In this document: positions 18,374 through 27,791 of the stretch, one piece after another
Layout of the letters: each line of letters begins with the position of its first letter
Numbering within the stretch: position 1 is the stretch's first letter
Virus record (IMG/VR): IMGVR_UViG_3300037195_001642
Location: 1-39,568 of that record
Direction: 5' to 3' (one strand)
Source of the DNA: a virus
Lineage: Duplodnaviria > Caudoviricetes
Length of the DNA stretch: 39,568 bases
Program-made: the position numbers and the translations under genes
Notes under the pieces: model-generated
Databases searched by the model: none
Told to the model about the DNA's origin: nothing
Seen by the model: only the letters and a program-made list of their open reading frames with translations

Positions 18374-19846
18374 CTAGTAGCCAATACCCTCGTAAATCTC
18401 TGTTTCTTGATAATGATATTTATCTTCTTTGTATTTGGTTAAACGTTTAATACATTCGTATTTCAGGATATCGATAAAGTGATCGTCTTTTTTTTTAGGT
18501 CGATTCACCATTTCCTTGCGTTCGCTTAAACTCTCTGAAACGTAGCTATCCCACACATACGTATTCATTTGTAAATTGAGACCTTTCAGATCTTTAAATA
18601 AATATAAACTGGGTTTCTTTTTGATTGTACCGTCTTGAGTCTTAACAATTTTTAATCTGCTTTTGATTGCTCCAAGTCCTAAGTTATTATCCTTCGTACA
18701 CAAAATAGTATTGATCCCATTTCTTTGGAACTCCCGTCTAACAGTATGTACATTCGTTTGATCTTCATCGGGATGAACGTTTATGACATCGGGCTTTACA
18801 GATGAGGTATCTATTTGACACCAGTCAATTTGAATGAACTTATTCATTTGTTTGCGTGAGCTTTTTATTAACAAACTAAAATCACGTATTAACATCGATT
18901 CCATTGGGGCAGATATTTCTTCAACAACGTATAAAATATCATTGTCATTGTCATACAAAAATCGAAGCCAGTGATGAGGCGTTCTTTCGTGGGGGTCTAT
19001 TCCTTCAGTAATTTTCCACCTATTTGGATTTTTTACTACAAGCTCAACATAATCAAATCTATCTATTCTATGATCGTCGTTATAAGTTTTGAAAATTCGC
19101 CCCTCTTTGATGTGAGGTTCCCCTTCCCATCTCGATTGAATCTCATCTTCATCTAATGAGTCGAGCAATTGTTTCTTTGCGTCATCTGAAATGAACGGGT
19201 TCATAAACGGGGTGAGTACACACGTCTTATGGTTAGGGTTATCAGATTTCCAAAATTTTGTCACGAGCCTCGTAAATCCCTCTAATGCTGTAAATGTTAA
19301 GATCGCAATCCCTTTTCTGTCGGCAAGCCGAACTATCGATTCTTGATATATCGAGTTCGAACACTCTTCATCGAGCCAAATTGCGTCGAGCGTATCGCCC
19401 TGATATGCATCAGATCCTTGCTCAAATGTTTTAAAATATATCACAGACTTATTTTTTGATATAATTGTGTTGTTTTTCCAGCCTCGAACTAAATTATATT
19501 CACCATACTCAATATCTTTTTTACGTAATAAGTCATATATCTTTTTCTGCTGAACTTTAACTGAAAGGTCGGATAATGTAGCAACCCATATCCTCTTATC
19601 GTGGTAATCTCTCATGATCTCAGCTATCACCCCAGCCCCTAGCTCAGTCTTGCCGGAGCGATTACCACCGAAGATAACAAACACATTTGGCCCGTGGCCT
19701 GTCTTGAACCGCTCTTGTATTGCAAGACGCATCTGGTTTTGTTCTGCGTATAGCTCCCATTCCATATAGTCCAATCTATTATCAATCCTATCTTGTTGTA
19801 ATTTTTTTAGTTGATTGTGAAGATAACTTATTTTTTTTTGATCCAT
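18374..19846 (-). CDS. terL: Terminase large subunit
   Basis: Walker A GGNRSGKT, Walker B IWLDEE, LTFT coupling motif, GIDP and DDHFID nuclease motifs. Confidence 0.95.
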   Translation of the reverse strand: MDQKKISYLHNQLKKLQQDRIDNRLDYMEWELYAEQNQMRLAIQERFKTGHGPNVFVIFGGNRSGKTELGAGVIAEIMRDYHDKRIWVATLSDLSVKVQQKKIYDLLRKKDIEYGEYNLVRGWKNNTIISKNKSVIYFKTFEQGSDAYQGDTLDAIWLDEECSNSIYQESIVRLADRKGIAILTFTALEGFTRLVTKFWKSDNPNHKTCVLTPFMNPFISDDAKKQLLDSLDEDEIQSRWEGEPHIKEGRIFKTYNDDHRIDRFDYVELVVKNPNRWKITEGIDPHERTPHHWLRFLYDNDNDILYVVEEISAPMESMLIRDFSLLIKSSRKQMNKFIQIDWCQIDTSSVKPDVINVHPDEDQTNVHTVRREFQRNGINTILCTKDNNLGLGAIKSRLKIVKTQDGTIKKKPSLYLFKDLKGLNLQMNTYVWDSYVSESLSERKEMVNRPKKKDDHFIDILKYECIKRLTKYKEDKYHYQETEIYEGIGY

Positions 19847-19983
19847 TTATAAATCCTATTGCCGAAGGGTCGGCATATTATAGTATGTTATAATTAAATT
19901 TATCAAAGGAGGTGATTCCGAACTAACTTATTAATAAAACATAAACCTGGAAAGTATATGTTGATACTTGGCTCTACGTGATA

Positions 19984-20325
19984 CTAGTTCAAGTTCAATT
20001 CTGCATATAATTTTTTAACATCTGCTATAGTTGGTATTTCCTCAGTTATATGTGTCTCTATAACATCCCGCTGGCCTAAAAGTTGCTTGCCTAAAAAGAT
20101 TAACATAGCTGGACTCAGCTTCTCCTCACATGCTCGAAATTGTAAACGCCGTAGTCTAATTTTTACCTGAGATCTTCCTTTTCTCAAAAATTCAGAATAA
20201 CTCTTTTCCAGGAGAGACGAGCTACAGCCGTAGAAATCTGCTATTTCTCTGTTTGTGCACCCATAAGAAGCGAGTTTTCTTACTTCTTCTCCCTCTATAT
20301 TTGTATACTTTTTTGGCCTGGCCAT
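19984..20325 (-). CDS. terS: Terminase small subunit
   Basis: MARPKK, HTH (GCTNREIADFYG), LRRLQF and MLIFLGKQLLGQRD; directly upstream of terL. Confidence 0.85.
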   Translation of the reverse strand: MARPKKYTNIEGEEVRKLASYGCTNREIADFYGCSSSLLEKSYSEFLRKGRSQVKIRLRRLQFRACEEKLSPAMLIFLGKQLLGQRDVIETHITEEIPTIADVKKLYAELNLN

Positions 20326-20345
20326 AGTCTTTCTCCTTAATTAAT

Positions 20346-20435
20346 CTAGATAGATAAAATAAACTTCACAATAATGTACACACACAGAATCAATAACAAT
20401 CTGGACAATAAAAATAATATAAATTCATAGTTCAT
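20346..20435 (-). CDS. 29-aa single-TM peptide (MNYEFILFLLSRLLLILCVYIIVKFILSI)
   Basis: ATGA overlap with the upstream stop; hydrophobic; fills the gap before terS. Confidence 0.45.
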   Translation of the reverse strand: MNYEFILFLLSRLLLILCVYIIVKFILSI

Positions 20436-20824
20436 GATAGATATTTTGTTGTTAGAACTGTAATTAATACTGTCATTGTCACTCCCACTAAAAACGCTAT
20501 TCCCTTAATTAACTGCGATATAAACTGCTTGGTCTTTTGTCTGCTATTTTTCTCATCGTTGATAAAACTAATCATCTCTTTCTGGATTTTATGGGACTGC
20601 TTCAAATTCGATAGGGACACGTCTAGGGCAAGATCGATCCATTCCTCCCGCCTTTTCTTTTCGTCTTTGTCATCTATTACAGGAACAACATACTTGGAAG
20701 TAAGATAGTCTCGGAGCCCCTGTAGATGATCAATAAGACTAATGTCTTCCAAATTTTCTAATTTTTCAGGCCCATCTATCGTCATAGCTCTCACATAGCT
20801 TAGCCATTGAAATATCATCGGCAC
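20432..20824 (-). CDS. Coiled-coil protein with C-terminal TM helix (possibly lysis-related)
   Basis: C-terminal IAFLVGVTMTVLITVLTT; true start may be MTIDG at 20785. Confidence 0.6.
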   Translation of the reverse strand: MPMIFQWLSYVRAMTIDGPEKLENLEDISLIDHLQGLRDYLTSKYVVPVIDDKDEKKRREEWIDLALDVSLSNLKQSHKIQKEMISFINDEKNSRQKTKQFISQLIKGIAFLVGVTMTVLITVLTTKYLS

Positions 20825-20915
20825 AGAACCAGTTAAATTGTGTCTGAGCTAATATATGAACAAACACTGCACATATAAACATAAATATAAAAAAAATAAA
20901 GAGAAAATATATCAT
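20766..20915 (-). CDS. 49-aa membrane peptide (MIYFLFIFFIFMFICAVFVHIL...)
   Basis: Open frame filling the gap after 20924; N-terminal hydrophobic helix. Confidence 0.4.
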   Translation of the reverse strand: MIYFLFIFFIFMFICAVFVHILAQTQFNWFCADDISMAKLCESYDDRWA

Positions 20916-20923
20916 TCCGTTTA

Positions 20924-21256
20924 TCAAATTCTCAGCCAATTGTAGTTCCTCCGATGCTTCTCTAAATAATCTAGTCTATGTTCAAATCTTAGAGCCTCGT
21001 GTTCAAATACTATATTCTTATATGCGTTCTTGTGAGATCTATATATTATCAAATTCAACAGATAATGAAATACATAAATTAAATAAAAAAAGATTACTCC
21101 GCACTCCAAGGCCTGTTTAAAATGTATTTCCTCGTGTCTTAATATTCGTTTAAACGTTTTATTTGCTATTAGGATAAATGGGAAGATCATTATCCCCCTG
21201 TAACCTATCATTTTAGCTAACTTTGGAACCTCAATTACGATGGCTTTCATACGCAA
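20924..21256 (-). CDS. HExxH-motif membrane-associated protein (putative metallopeptidase)
   Basis: IFPFI...RHEEIHFKQ...AYKNIVFEHEA. Confidence 0.7.
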   Translation of the reverse strand: MRMKAIVIEVPKLAKMIGYRGIMIFPFILIANKTFKRILRHEEIHFKQALECGVIFFYLIYVFHYLLNLIIYRSHKNAYKNIVFEHEALRFEHRLDYLEKHRRNYNWLRI

Positions 21257-21299
21257 ATTACGATGTCTTTCATACGCCTATGATATCATTTTTCACTAA

Positions 21300-21320
21300 A
21301 TATAACAAGGTTAGTCATAT
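21300..21320. promoter_or_regulatory. Degenerate operator at the head of the leftward (late) arm
   Basis: atataacaa-ggt-tagtcatat next to a minus-strand TTGACA (21320-21325). Confidence 0.6.
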
Positions 21321-21367
21321 GTCAACATAAAAATAGATTTAATAAGAATCTACGTATAAAAACAATG

Positions 21368-21395
21368 TTGACATGTGTAAAGTTTATGGTATAAT
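21368..21395 (+). promoter_or_regulatory. Strong sigma70-type early promoter
   Basis: TTGACA-16 nt-TATAAT with TGn extension, followed by AAGGAGGTGA. Confidence 0.85.
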
Positions 21396-21426
21396 TAGGA
21401 TATAAACTACAAGGAGGTGAATAATT

Positions 21427-21552
21427 ATGAAAAAGAGGATATTATGTATTGGACAAATTGATAAACACGGTCTTATCAATGGGTATCTACAGTTCAAAAG
21501 CGAATCGTTACAGTTGTTTGTGAGAAAAGTTAGATATTACCTTGGGAGCTAA
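21427..21552 (+). CDS. 41-aa first early protein (MKKRILCIGQIDKHG...)
   Basis: Perfect SD AAGGAGGTGA just after the consensus promoter. Confidence 0.7.
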   Translation: MKKRILCIGQIDKHGLINGYLQFKSESLQLFVRKVRYYLGS

Positions 21553-21575
21553 ATAAAAAATTAAGGAGATTAAAA

Positions 21576-21944
21576 ATGACTAATGAAGAAGAAATGACTA
21601 ATGAAGAAGAAATAATAGAAAAACTTGAATACATGTGTTCAAAAGAAGAACTTGAGTACATGTGTTCAAAATATGCTAGAGACATAGAAAACCTCAAGGG
21701 AGATGGAGATATAGAGGAATTTTTTAACAACGATGTGCTTGAAACCCGATACGTAGTAGACGGATATAAAAACTACATTGGAGCTGAGTTATGCGTAGCG
21801 TACGGCGGGCCAACAGTATGGATTAACACGATAGATCAACAGATTAAGGGTTACTGGGGCTATACTACGGTCTATAAACACTTTAGGGGTGACGTGCTAG
21901 ACGACTACTTATGTGAAAATTGGAAAAATAAAGATATGAATTGA
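21576..21944 (+). CDS. Hypothetical early protein (YIGAE..AYGGPTVWINT family)
   Basis: SD AAGGAG; paralogous to the C-terminus of 22926-23987; two internal tandem duplications. Confidence 0.8.
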   Translation: MTNEEEMTNEEEIIEKLEYMCSKEELEYMCSKYARDIENLKGDGDIEEFFNNDVLETRYVVDGYKNYIGAELCVAYGGPTVWINTIDQQIKGYWGYTTVYKHFRGDVLDDYLCENWKNKDMN

Positions 21945-22041
21945 AAAGGAGATTTAAATATGTGAAATTTGGAGCTAGACGACTACGTATGTGAACTCTG
22001 GTACAGCTTATAATAATATTAATTGAAAAGGAGATTTAAAA

Positions 22042-22443
22042 ATGAATGATAAAAAATATTATATACAAGTTCTTGAAGAAGGAGGATTTTTATATCAAAA
22101 CACGATACAATATTATTACCCGATTAAAGATGATGGTACGATCGAACCGCTTCAATCGACCCGCATTGACAAATTAACAAACCGCAACGTTATAATAACT
22201 AATAAACAATCGGGTTACGGATATGGTTGGGATGGATTCACCGGTTGCAAGCAAAACAATAAAAGTTGCGGTGAGTTATGCGGTCTAAATATAAATGAAT
22301 TATACCAATGTATATCATGTGGCGGACAGTTTCCAGAATGGGAAGATGCATGTATGGAAGGTGGGGAACGTATTTGTCAAATTTGCTGGGATGATGATTC
22401 TGTGTGTGATAATTCACCGCTTGAAATAAAAGGAGATAAATGA
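22042..22443 (+). CDS. Hypothetical Cys-rich (zinc-finger-like) protein
   Basis: CISC...CQIC pairs; SD AAGGAG. Confidence 0.7.
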   Translation: MNDKKYYIQVLEEGGFLYQNTIQYYYPIKDDGTIEPLQSTRIDKLTNRNVIITNKQSGYGYGWDGFTGCKQNNKSCGELCGLNINELYQCISCGGQFPEWEDACMEGGERICQICWDDDSVCDNSPLEIKGDK

Positions 22444-22446
22444 AAA

Positions 22447-22815
22447 ATGAACACAAACAAAAAAAAATATTCGTTTTGGTACCTATGGGAAGGAGGCGAA
22501 CAAGATGGGCAGATGTTCCCAGCGGACTATGTAGTAGGTGGTGAAAAAACAAATTTATGTAAAATAGAGTGGTTCACGCAAGATGATATGCTCACCCATT
22601 TTACTGAATTAGTCGATTATTATAAATATGACTCAAGTAATTCCGCCCCAGAGGGCTGTGCAATAGGCGTATTTGTCACAGAATACAATAAGGGAGATGA
22701 ATTGTGTTACAACAGTATCTTCCCGAAATGGCGTTGTATCGGGGAAATGAAAGAGGTATGCACGGCTATATGGGATAGGGAGGACTGGAATTTTAGGTAT
22801 CCCCTCCCATACTAA
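22447..22815 (+). CDS. Hypothetical protein
   Basis: 122-aa ORF with SD. Confidence 0.7.
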   Translation: MNTNKKKYSFWYLWEGGEQDGQMFPADYVVGGEKTNLCKIEWFTQDDMLTHFTELVDYYKYDSSNSAPEGCAIGVFVTEYNKGDELCYNSIFPKWRCIGEMKEVCTAIWDREDWNFRYPLPY

Positions 22816-22905
22816 AAATTTTAAATAGACTTCGGGGAATTGTTGGTCTGGACACTCAAAATAGGGCAGATGTCTATTTAGAATCTTTAGTATGGGAGGG
22901 GATAC
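22797..22905. repeat. 34-bp inverted repeat (32/34) with 41-nt loop
   Basis: 22797-22830 versus reverse complement of 22872-22905. Confidence 0.92.
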
Positions 22906-22925
22906 ATAAAAAAGGAGGATTAAAA

Positions 22926-23987
22926 ATGATAGATGACAAAGAAATAATAGAAGGTGGGCTGGTGTTACTCAAAAAATTAGAATCAGAGGGGCTTGCCTCA
23001 CCCATAAAATATATTGATGGGCATACATTGTGGTCAGTTACGGGGGCGGTTGATTACTACGTTGAGATTAACAACGGCCATGAGGGGGATAATATCGTAA
23101 TAACTCAATTCGAGGATAATTACGGGGACGATAGGAGCTCTAATATACCTAATAAACCTATATTTCCTTATTCTCCCGTAGATGAAGAAATTTTATTAGA
23201 ACTAAACGATGCGTGTTCTAATTCGGATGACGAAGCCGTACACAGAATATTGTTCATGGAAAATTGGCCAATAGAAACTAATCCAAACACGATGATAGGT
23301 AATACAAAACCGTTCGATATTATTACCAATATTGTTGAGCTTGAGACGCCAAGGCCGTGCTTGAAGGATAACCCATCTCGATTAATGATGTATCCCCATC
23401 CCGACTTCTATAATGACTATATGGACGCATTAACAGGTAGTGCATCAGATGCCGCTTTAGTTTATCTATCGATGAAGGAAAAAATAAAACAATTTGAAAA
23501 CCACGTTGAAAAACTAAAAAAAATAATTAATCTTGAAAAAAAAATTGATACTAACAATAAAGAAAATCTTAAAAACCTTTGTAAATCAATTGTAACTAAA
23601 ATAGAGAATCTGAATGCAACTAATGACTCTATAGATAAATTTTTTAAAAAGGTATACAAGATAAATTATATTTTCAACGATGAAACAAAATATATTGGTG
23701 CAGAATTTGTCATCGCCATATCGTGTGAGTCTGTTAATGATACTCCCATATGGATACATGTAGATACTAGATATAATCGAGTTATGGCAATTGAGGCGAA
23801 CTGGATAAAATCACGAAACTCCAAAATATATCAGCAAAAAATCAAAAATGAAACCGCTCAATACTATGAGGATATAGATATAAATAGGAATGAAGGTGCA
23901 CATTTAGATAGATACATATATAGCAAATGGTATTCAAAAGAAATAAAGACGGGGAACTCAAATAGATGTTTTTGGTATTCAAAATGA
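22926..23987 (+). CDS. Hypothetical mosaic protein; C-terminus paralogous to 21576-21944
   Basis: SD AAGGAGG; IENL..IDKFF..KYIGAEF..IWIHVDT..LDRY aligns with IENL..IEEFF..NYIGAEL..VWINT..LDDY. Confidence 0.8.
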   Translation: MIDDKEIIEGGLVLLKKLESEGLASPIKYIDGHTLWSVTGAVDYYVEINNGHEGDNIVITQFEDNYGDDRSSNIPNKPIFPYSPVDEEILLELNDACSNSDDEAVHRILFMENWPIETNPNTMIGNTKPFDIITNIVELETPRPCLKDNPSRLMMYPHPDFYNDYMDALTGSASDAALVYLSMKEKIKQFENHVEKLKKIINLEKKIDTNNKENLKNLCKSIVTKIENLNATNDSIDKFFKKVYKINYIFNDETKYIGAEFVIAISCESVNDTPIWIHVDTRYNRVMAIEANWIKSRNSKIYQQKIKNETAQYYEDIDINRNEGAHLDRYIYSKWYSKEIKTGNSNRCFWYSK

Positions 23988-24015
23988 CTAATGAAGAAAG
24001 GAAAGAAATTAAAAA

Positions 24016-24213
24016 ATGAAAAAACAAAAATATAGCAGAGAATATTTACAGCATTTATTTGATAATCATGAAACTGTAACTAACGTATGTAAAAAATTAG
24101 ATATTAGTAGAGCGGCGTTTTATAACTATCTCAAACGCCATAAAATGACTATCGTTTATACTGCCATAGTAGAACAGGAAAACGGAAGTTATTACCAAGA
24201 CATCAAAGAATAA
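24016..24213 (+). CDS. Small HTH DNA-binding protein
   Basis: VTNVCKKLDISRAAFYNYLKR. Confidence 0.8.
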   Translation: MKKQKYSREYLQHLFDNHETVTNVCKKLDISRAAFYNYLKRHKMTIVYTAIVEQENGSYYQDIKE

Positions 24214-24247
24214 TCTAACAAAGTATAAAACTATAAAAAGATAAACC

Positions 24248-24276
24248 TTGACACACTATTACTGGTAAGTTATCAT
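24248..24276 (+). promoter_or_regulatory. Sigma70-type promoter, probably producing a leaderless mRNA
   Basis: TTGACA-17 nt-TATCAT; ATG only 6 nt after the -10 and no SD. Confidence 0.7.
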
Positions 24277-24282
24277 TCTATT

Positions 24283-24483
24283 ATGATTAAAACTGACGAA
24301 TTTATCAAGAGCTGTTATTGCGAGATGGAAAAGTCAAACGTATCTATTCGGCAACTTTATTTCAAATTAGTGAAGCTAGGATACGAAAGAACCTATGCTA
24401 CACTTTGTAATACAATGAAGTGTGAGTATCGACCAGATGGCGAAACTATTTTAGCATTAAATGCATATTTTAAAATTTTGTAG
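24283..24483 (+). CDS. Cro/XRE-like small regulator
   Basis: 66 aa; SIRQL...YATLCN..YRPDGETILALNAYF resembles XRE HTH. Confidence 0.6.
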   Translation: MIKTDEFIKSCYCEMEKSNVSIRQLYFKLVKLGYERTYATLCNTMKCEYRPDGETILALNAYFKIL

Positions 24484-24539
24484 GAGCTTTTTTGCGTATT
24501 TATATACTCAGTGCTAATAGGATGGAGGTGACGAAATAA

Positions 24540-24824
24540 ATGACAAATGATTACGAGAGGATGCTGACCCAAAAAATGATGGTTGAGCAGCTCCAAGAGA
24601 TTAATAGTAAATTGGATCTAATATTTAAATTTCATGATTCGATTAAGATTTCTCAGAACGAAGCAGCCAAAATATTAAGTGCATCATTTAGAACGATCCA
24701 ACATTACGAGAAAGAAGGTTTACTTACCAATGAATCGGGAAAGGAGGGAAGAAAAGAGTTTAGTTTAAAAAATGTATTCGATATATATTACATACGAAGT
24801 TTAAAAAAAGGAAAAGTAAAATGA
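24540..24824 (+). CDS. MerR-type HTH / excisionase-like protein
   Basis: ISQNEAAKILSASFRTIQHYEKEGLL; SD GGAGGTGA. Confidence 0.75.
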   Translation: MTNDYERMLTQKMMVEQLQEINSKLDLIFKFHDSIKISQNEAAKILSASFRTIQHYEKEGLLTNESGKEGRKEFSLKNVFDIYYIRSLKKGKVK

Positions 24825-25051
24825 AAAAAGAGAAAGAAAAAACGCCCTGCTCGAACAAGGCGTTTCGGTCAAATAAATCAGTTCATGATTCAGTTAAGAA
24901 GTCTATCAGATTGAAGCGTGTGTGTCAAAATAGTGGTATTCCACAAACGCCAAAATATGATTGGGAAGCACCTCTGTGGGCAGGACATGAGGACCAAATT
25001 ATTGATGCTTTTGAAAGATTTTATGAAGAAGAAGGAGCCTGCCATGCATGA
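24821..25051 (+). CDS. Hypothetical protein
   Basis: 76-aa ORF, ATGA-type coupling on both sides. Confidence 0.55.
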   Translation: MKKEKEKTPCSNKAFRSNKSVHDSVKKSIRLKRVCQNSGIPQTPKYDWEAPLWAGHEDQIIDAFERFYEEEGACHA

Positions 25052-25520
25052 AGAAGAAAAGGATAAATATGGGAACCCCATACGCCTAAATATTGAAGAA
25101 TATACGGTGGTCGAAGAGTCTTACGATGAAATTATGGATTTTGAAAACGCTATATATAAAAAAATAGGGTATGAGATGCCAGAGCATCATGACCATTTTT
25201 TAAGAGGCATGAAAGTTGCTTTTGAGTTTATGATGGGAGAATATGACACGCTCGATAATGTTTTATCTTTATGGTGCGACGAAGGTTATGATGAAATGAG
25301 GTGGGGACACAGAAAAACATTGCCATCTATTACAACCCTTAGAGATAGATTGATTAGATCTAATAAATATAATTTTTTATTGGAGAGCAAAATTAGAGAG
25401 CGTTTAAAAGAGAACGACGATTGGTATTCAAAATATGAAAAGGATAGCCCTACAATGAGGCTCCACAAACCTCATTATACGCATGACGAAATTAAAGAAC
25501 AGATTGGAGATAAAACATGA
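25044..25520 (+). CDS. Hypothetical protein
   Basis: Likely start MHEEEK at 25044 after AAGGAG (track ORF 24918-25520). Confidence 0.7.
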   Translation: MHEEEKDKYGNPIRLNIEEYTVVEESYDEIMDFENAIYKKIGYEMPEHHDHFLRGMKVAFEFMMGEYDTLDNVLSLWCDEGYDEMRWGHRKTLPSITTLRDRLIRSNKYNFLLESKIRERLKENDDWYSKYEKDSPTMRLHKPHYTHDEIKEQIGDKT

Positions 25521-26122
25521 TAAAAGAGAAAAACATATATAAGAAGTTAACCCTTATTCAAAATGAATTGAAGGTTCCTAAGTCCAACGTTAATAATTTT
25601 GGTAAATATTCCTATCGAAGTATTGAGGATATAGAAGCCAAATTAAAGCCGTTATTACTGGCACATAATTGTACAGTCCATATCATTGATGAAATAGTTC
25701 AAATAGGGGATCGGTATTATTTGAAAGCAACTGCAATTTTCATTGATATTGAAACTGGTGAGTCCATAGAGAACACTGGATTTGCTCGTGAGGCTTTAGA
25801 AAAGAAGGGAATGGACATGGCACAATTAACTGGAGCATGTTCCTCTTATTCTCGCAAATATAGCTTAGGTGGGTTATTTCTAATTGATGATACAACCGAC
25901 CAGGATTCAATGGACAATACAAGCACCACGTTAAAAGAGAAGTCTACTGAGGAGGTAGAATTTGATTTTAAAGAGAATGAATTCAAAGAAAAGCCAATAA
26001 TAAAAACATGTGCTTGTGGGGGTACTATTAAGGGGCCTTGGCCAACTTGCTATAACTGTAAGATTGCCAAAGATGAAAATGAATTGGCTCCTGCACCAAT
26101 GGATGGCAGCTATTCGTATTAA
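25517..26122 (+). CDS. erf: ERF-family single-strand annealing protein with C-terminal Cys4 motif
   Basis: IQNELKVPKS..N.FGKYSYRS.EDI, AQLTGACSSYSRKYSLGGLFLIDD..DQD; CACG...CYNC. Confidence 0.92.
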   Translation: MIKEKNIYKKLTLIQNELKVPKSNVNNFGKYSYRSIEDIEAKLKPLLLAHNCTVHIIDEIVQIGDRYYLKATAIFIDIETGESIENTGFAREALEKKGMDMAQLTGACSSYSRKYSLGGLFLIDDTTDQDSMDNTSTTLKEKSTEEVEFDFKENEFKEKPIIKTCACGGTIKGPWPTCYNCKIAKDENELAPAPMDGSYSY

Positions 26123-26152
26123 TATAAAAAAATTAAACTTAAGGGAAAGATA

Positions 26153-26302
26153 ATGCAAATTTACAACTTTATATTGGGAATGTGGGACTCTTTTTGGTCT
26201 ATTCCTACTCATAATCAGATCATCTTACTAATAGCCGTGTCGTATATAGTCATAGGGCCATTTTATAGTTATAAGATCATGAATCAGAGGCAAGATAAGT
26301 GA
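26153..26302 (+). CDS. 49-aa membrane peptide
   Basis: MQIYNFILGMWDSFW...IILLIAVSYIVIGPFY; stop overlaps the next start (GTGA). Confidence 0.5.
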   Translation: MQIYNFILGMWDSFWSIPTHNQIILLIAVSYIVIGPFYSYKIMNQRQDK

Positions 26303-27288
26303 AACCATTTATAATGATAGAGAAGCATATAATGGAAAAACCGTGGGCTAGAGACCCACGGAATTTTTACGTCTACTATTACCTTCGATCTAACGCAAAC
26401 TATACATCTGAAGAGAGTAATGACATTCTAATTAAGCGTGGACAAATACTGACCTCTCTAAGGGAAATATCAAAAAAAACATATATCCCAAAAAACACTG
26501 TTGATAGAATTTTAAAAACACTTGTAAAGCACCATGAAATTTCGATAGATAGAAATGGTAACTCTACTATCATTACGATATTGAATTATGAAATTGATGA
26601 CAAAAAAGAAGGGGTTGGGACACCTTTCGGGACACCTGAAATTGAAGAAAGTGGGACACCCTTACAGTCTGATTTCCAGGCTCAAATTGATGATAAAATG
26701 ATAGAAAAAACAGACAATGTGGGACACCCTAAAACAGACAATGTGGGACACCTTTCGGGACACCTTCCTAATGTAACTCTCTTAAGTTACTATCTCTTAA
26801 CTAATATAAATAATATAACAAACACTGCGTGTGTGCGTGATAAGGCTTCTTTCAAAAAAAGTCAAGAAAAAAAATATTTATGGACGTTTACAATTCCACC
26901 AGAAGAGCTTACGGGACCGATCCAACACGATATCGGAATTTATCGAAGAGAGACCCTAAAGAACATGTTTAAAAACTGGCCAATAGGTAAAAGGCCCAGT
27001 GTAAGAATCGAATTTATTAATCAAATTGAGTCTAAAATTGAATTGAGATCCTACGAGATCATTAATTTATTTGAAAAGAGTTTTGTTAAAACACATAATC
27101 GAATATTAGAATCCTTAAAATTAAAGTGGAATAATGAGCCCGAAGTTCTGGTTGATGAAAATCAAATGAAAAAACAAATTGCTCAGTTTTGGCCAAGCTT
27201 TGAAAATTATTTAAAAGATCCGTTTAAGGACCTATCCGATGAATCGTCTGAGAGGCTCCAAATTTTAGTTGTAACGTCTAATTCATAA
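26299..27288 (+). CDS. Replication initiator / replisome organizer (lambda O-like)
   Basis: IKRGQILTSLREIS..TVDRILK..TIITILNY winged-HTH followed by an iteron-bearing linker. Confidence 0.85.
   Translation: MKPFIMIEKHIMEKPWARDPRNFYVYYYLRSNANYTSEESNDILIKRGQILTSLREISKKTYIPKNTVDRILKTLVKHHEISIDRNGNSTIITILNYEIDDKKEGVGTPFGTPEIEESGTPLQSDFQAQIDDKMIEKTDNVGHPKTDNVGHLSGHLPNVTLLSYYLLTNINNITNTACVRDKASFKKSQEKKYLWTFTIPPEELTGPIQHDIGIYRRETLKNMFKNWPIGKRPSVRIEFINQIESKIELRSYEIINLFEKSFVKTHNRILESLKLKWNNEPEVLVDENQMKKQIAQFWPSFENYLKDPFKDLSDESSERLQILVVTSNS
26617..26764. repeat. Replication origin iterons (GGGACACC x6)
   Basis: GGGACACC at 26617, 26629, 26653, 26721, 26745 and 26757 inside the initiator gene. Confidence 0.8.
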
Positions 27289-27305
27289 AGGAGGAATGTA
27301 ACGCT

Positions 27306-27791
27306 ATGGATTATTTTCAAAAGTGGGAAGAGCGAGAAAATAAGGCTGATCAACAAATTAAAACTGTTTATGAGCAACAAACTTGTCCGATAACCCAAAT
27401 ATTGGTAGAATTAAAAAATCACGTAGGGTCAAGAATGACCGGGGTCACAATGAAAACTTGGGTAGATGCTATAAAAAAAGAAGCTATTGAACTTGAAGAA
27501 TTAGAGATATTTTTAGAGGACTTTAAGTCAAATAAAATTGACAATAAAAAATTTAAGTTGAGTATTTTTAATTTGATAGAATACATCAATAAAAAGCGAC
27601 AATCTAAAGAAAAAAAGTTTTATAATAGTACCCAAACAGGAAAGACATATGAGGCTAGTGAAAGGGGGTATGAACAAGAGAAAATAGACATAGATAATAT
27701 GCCAATGGGTGATAGAGATATTCACAATTGGAACAGGTGGTTTAAGGGGTCTAAAATATTAACGAATAGTGGGAGATCTTGTGATGGATGA
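27306..27791 (+). CDS. Hypothetical protein (possible helicase loader/inhibitor by position)
   Basis: Follows the initiator; SD AAGGAGG. Confidence 0.6.
   Translation: MDYFQKWEERENKADQQIKTVYEQQTCPITQILVELKNHVGSRMTGVTMKTWVDAIKKEAIELEELEIFLEDFKSNKIDNKKFKLSIFNLIEYINKKRQSKEKKFYNSTQTGKTYEASERGYEQEKIDIDNMPMGDRDIHNWNRWFKGSKILTNSGRSCDG

Noticed and set aside
22831-22871. Hairpin loop translating as DFGELL, resembling XRE N-termini
   Set aside because: Too short, no start codon, similarity could be chance
26617-26764. Novel repeat system inside the 26299 gene
   Set aside because: Explained by ordinary origin iterons within a lambdoid-type initiator gene
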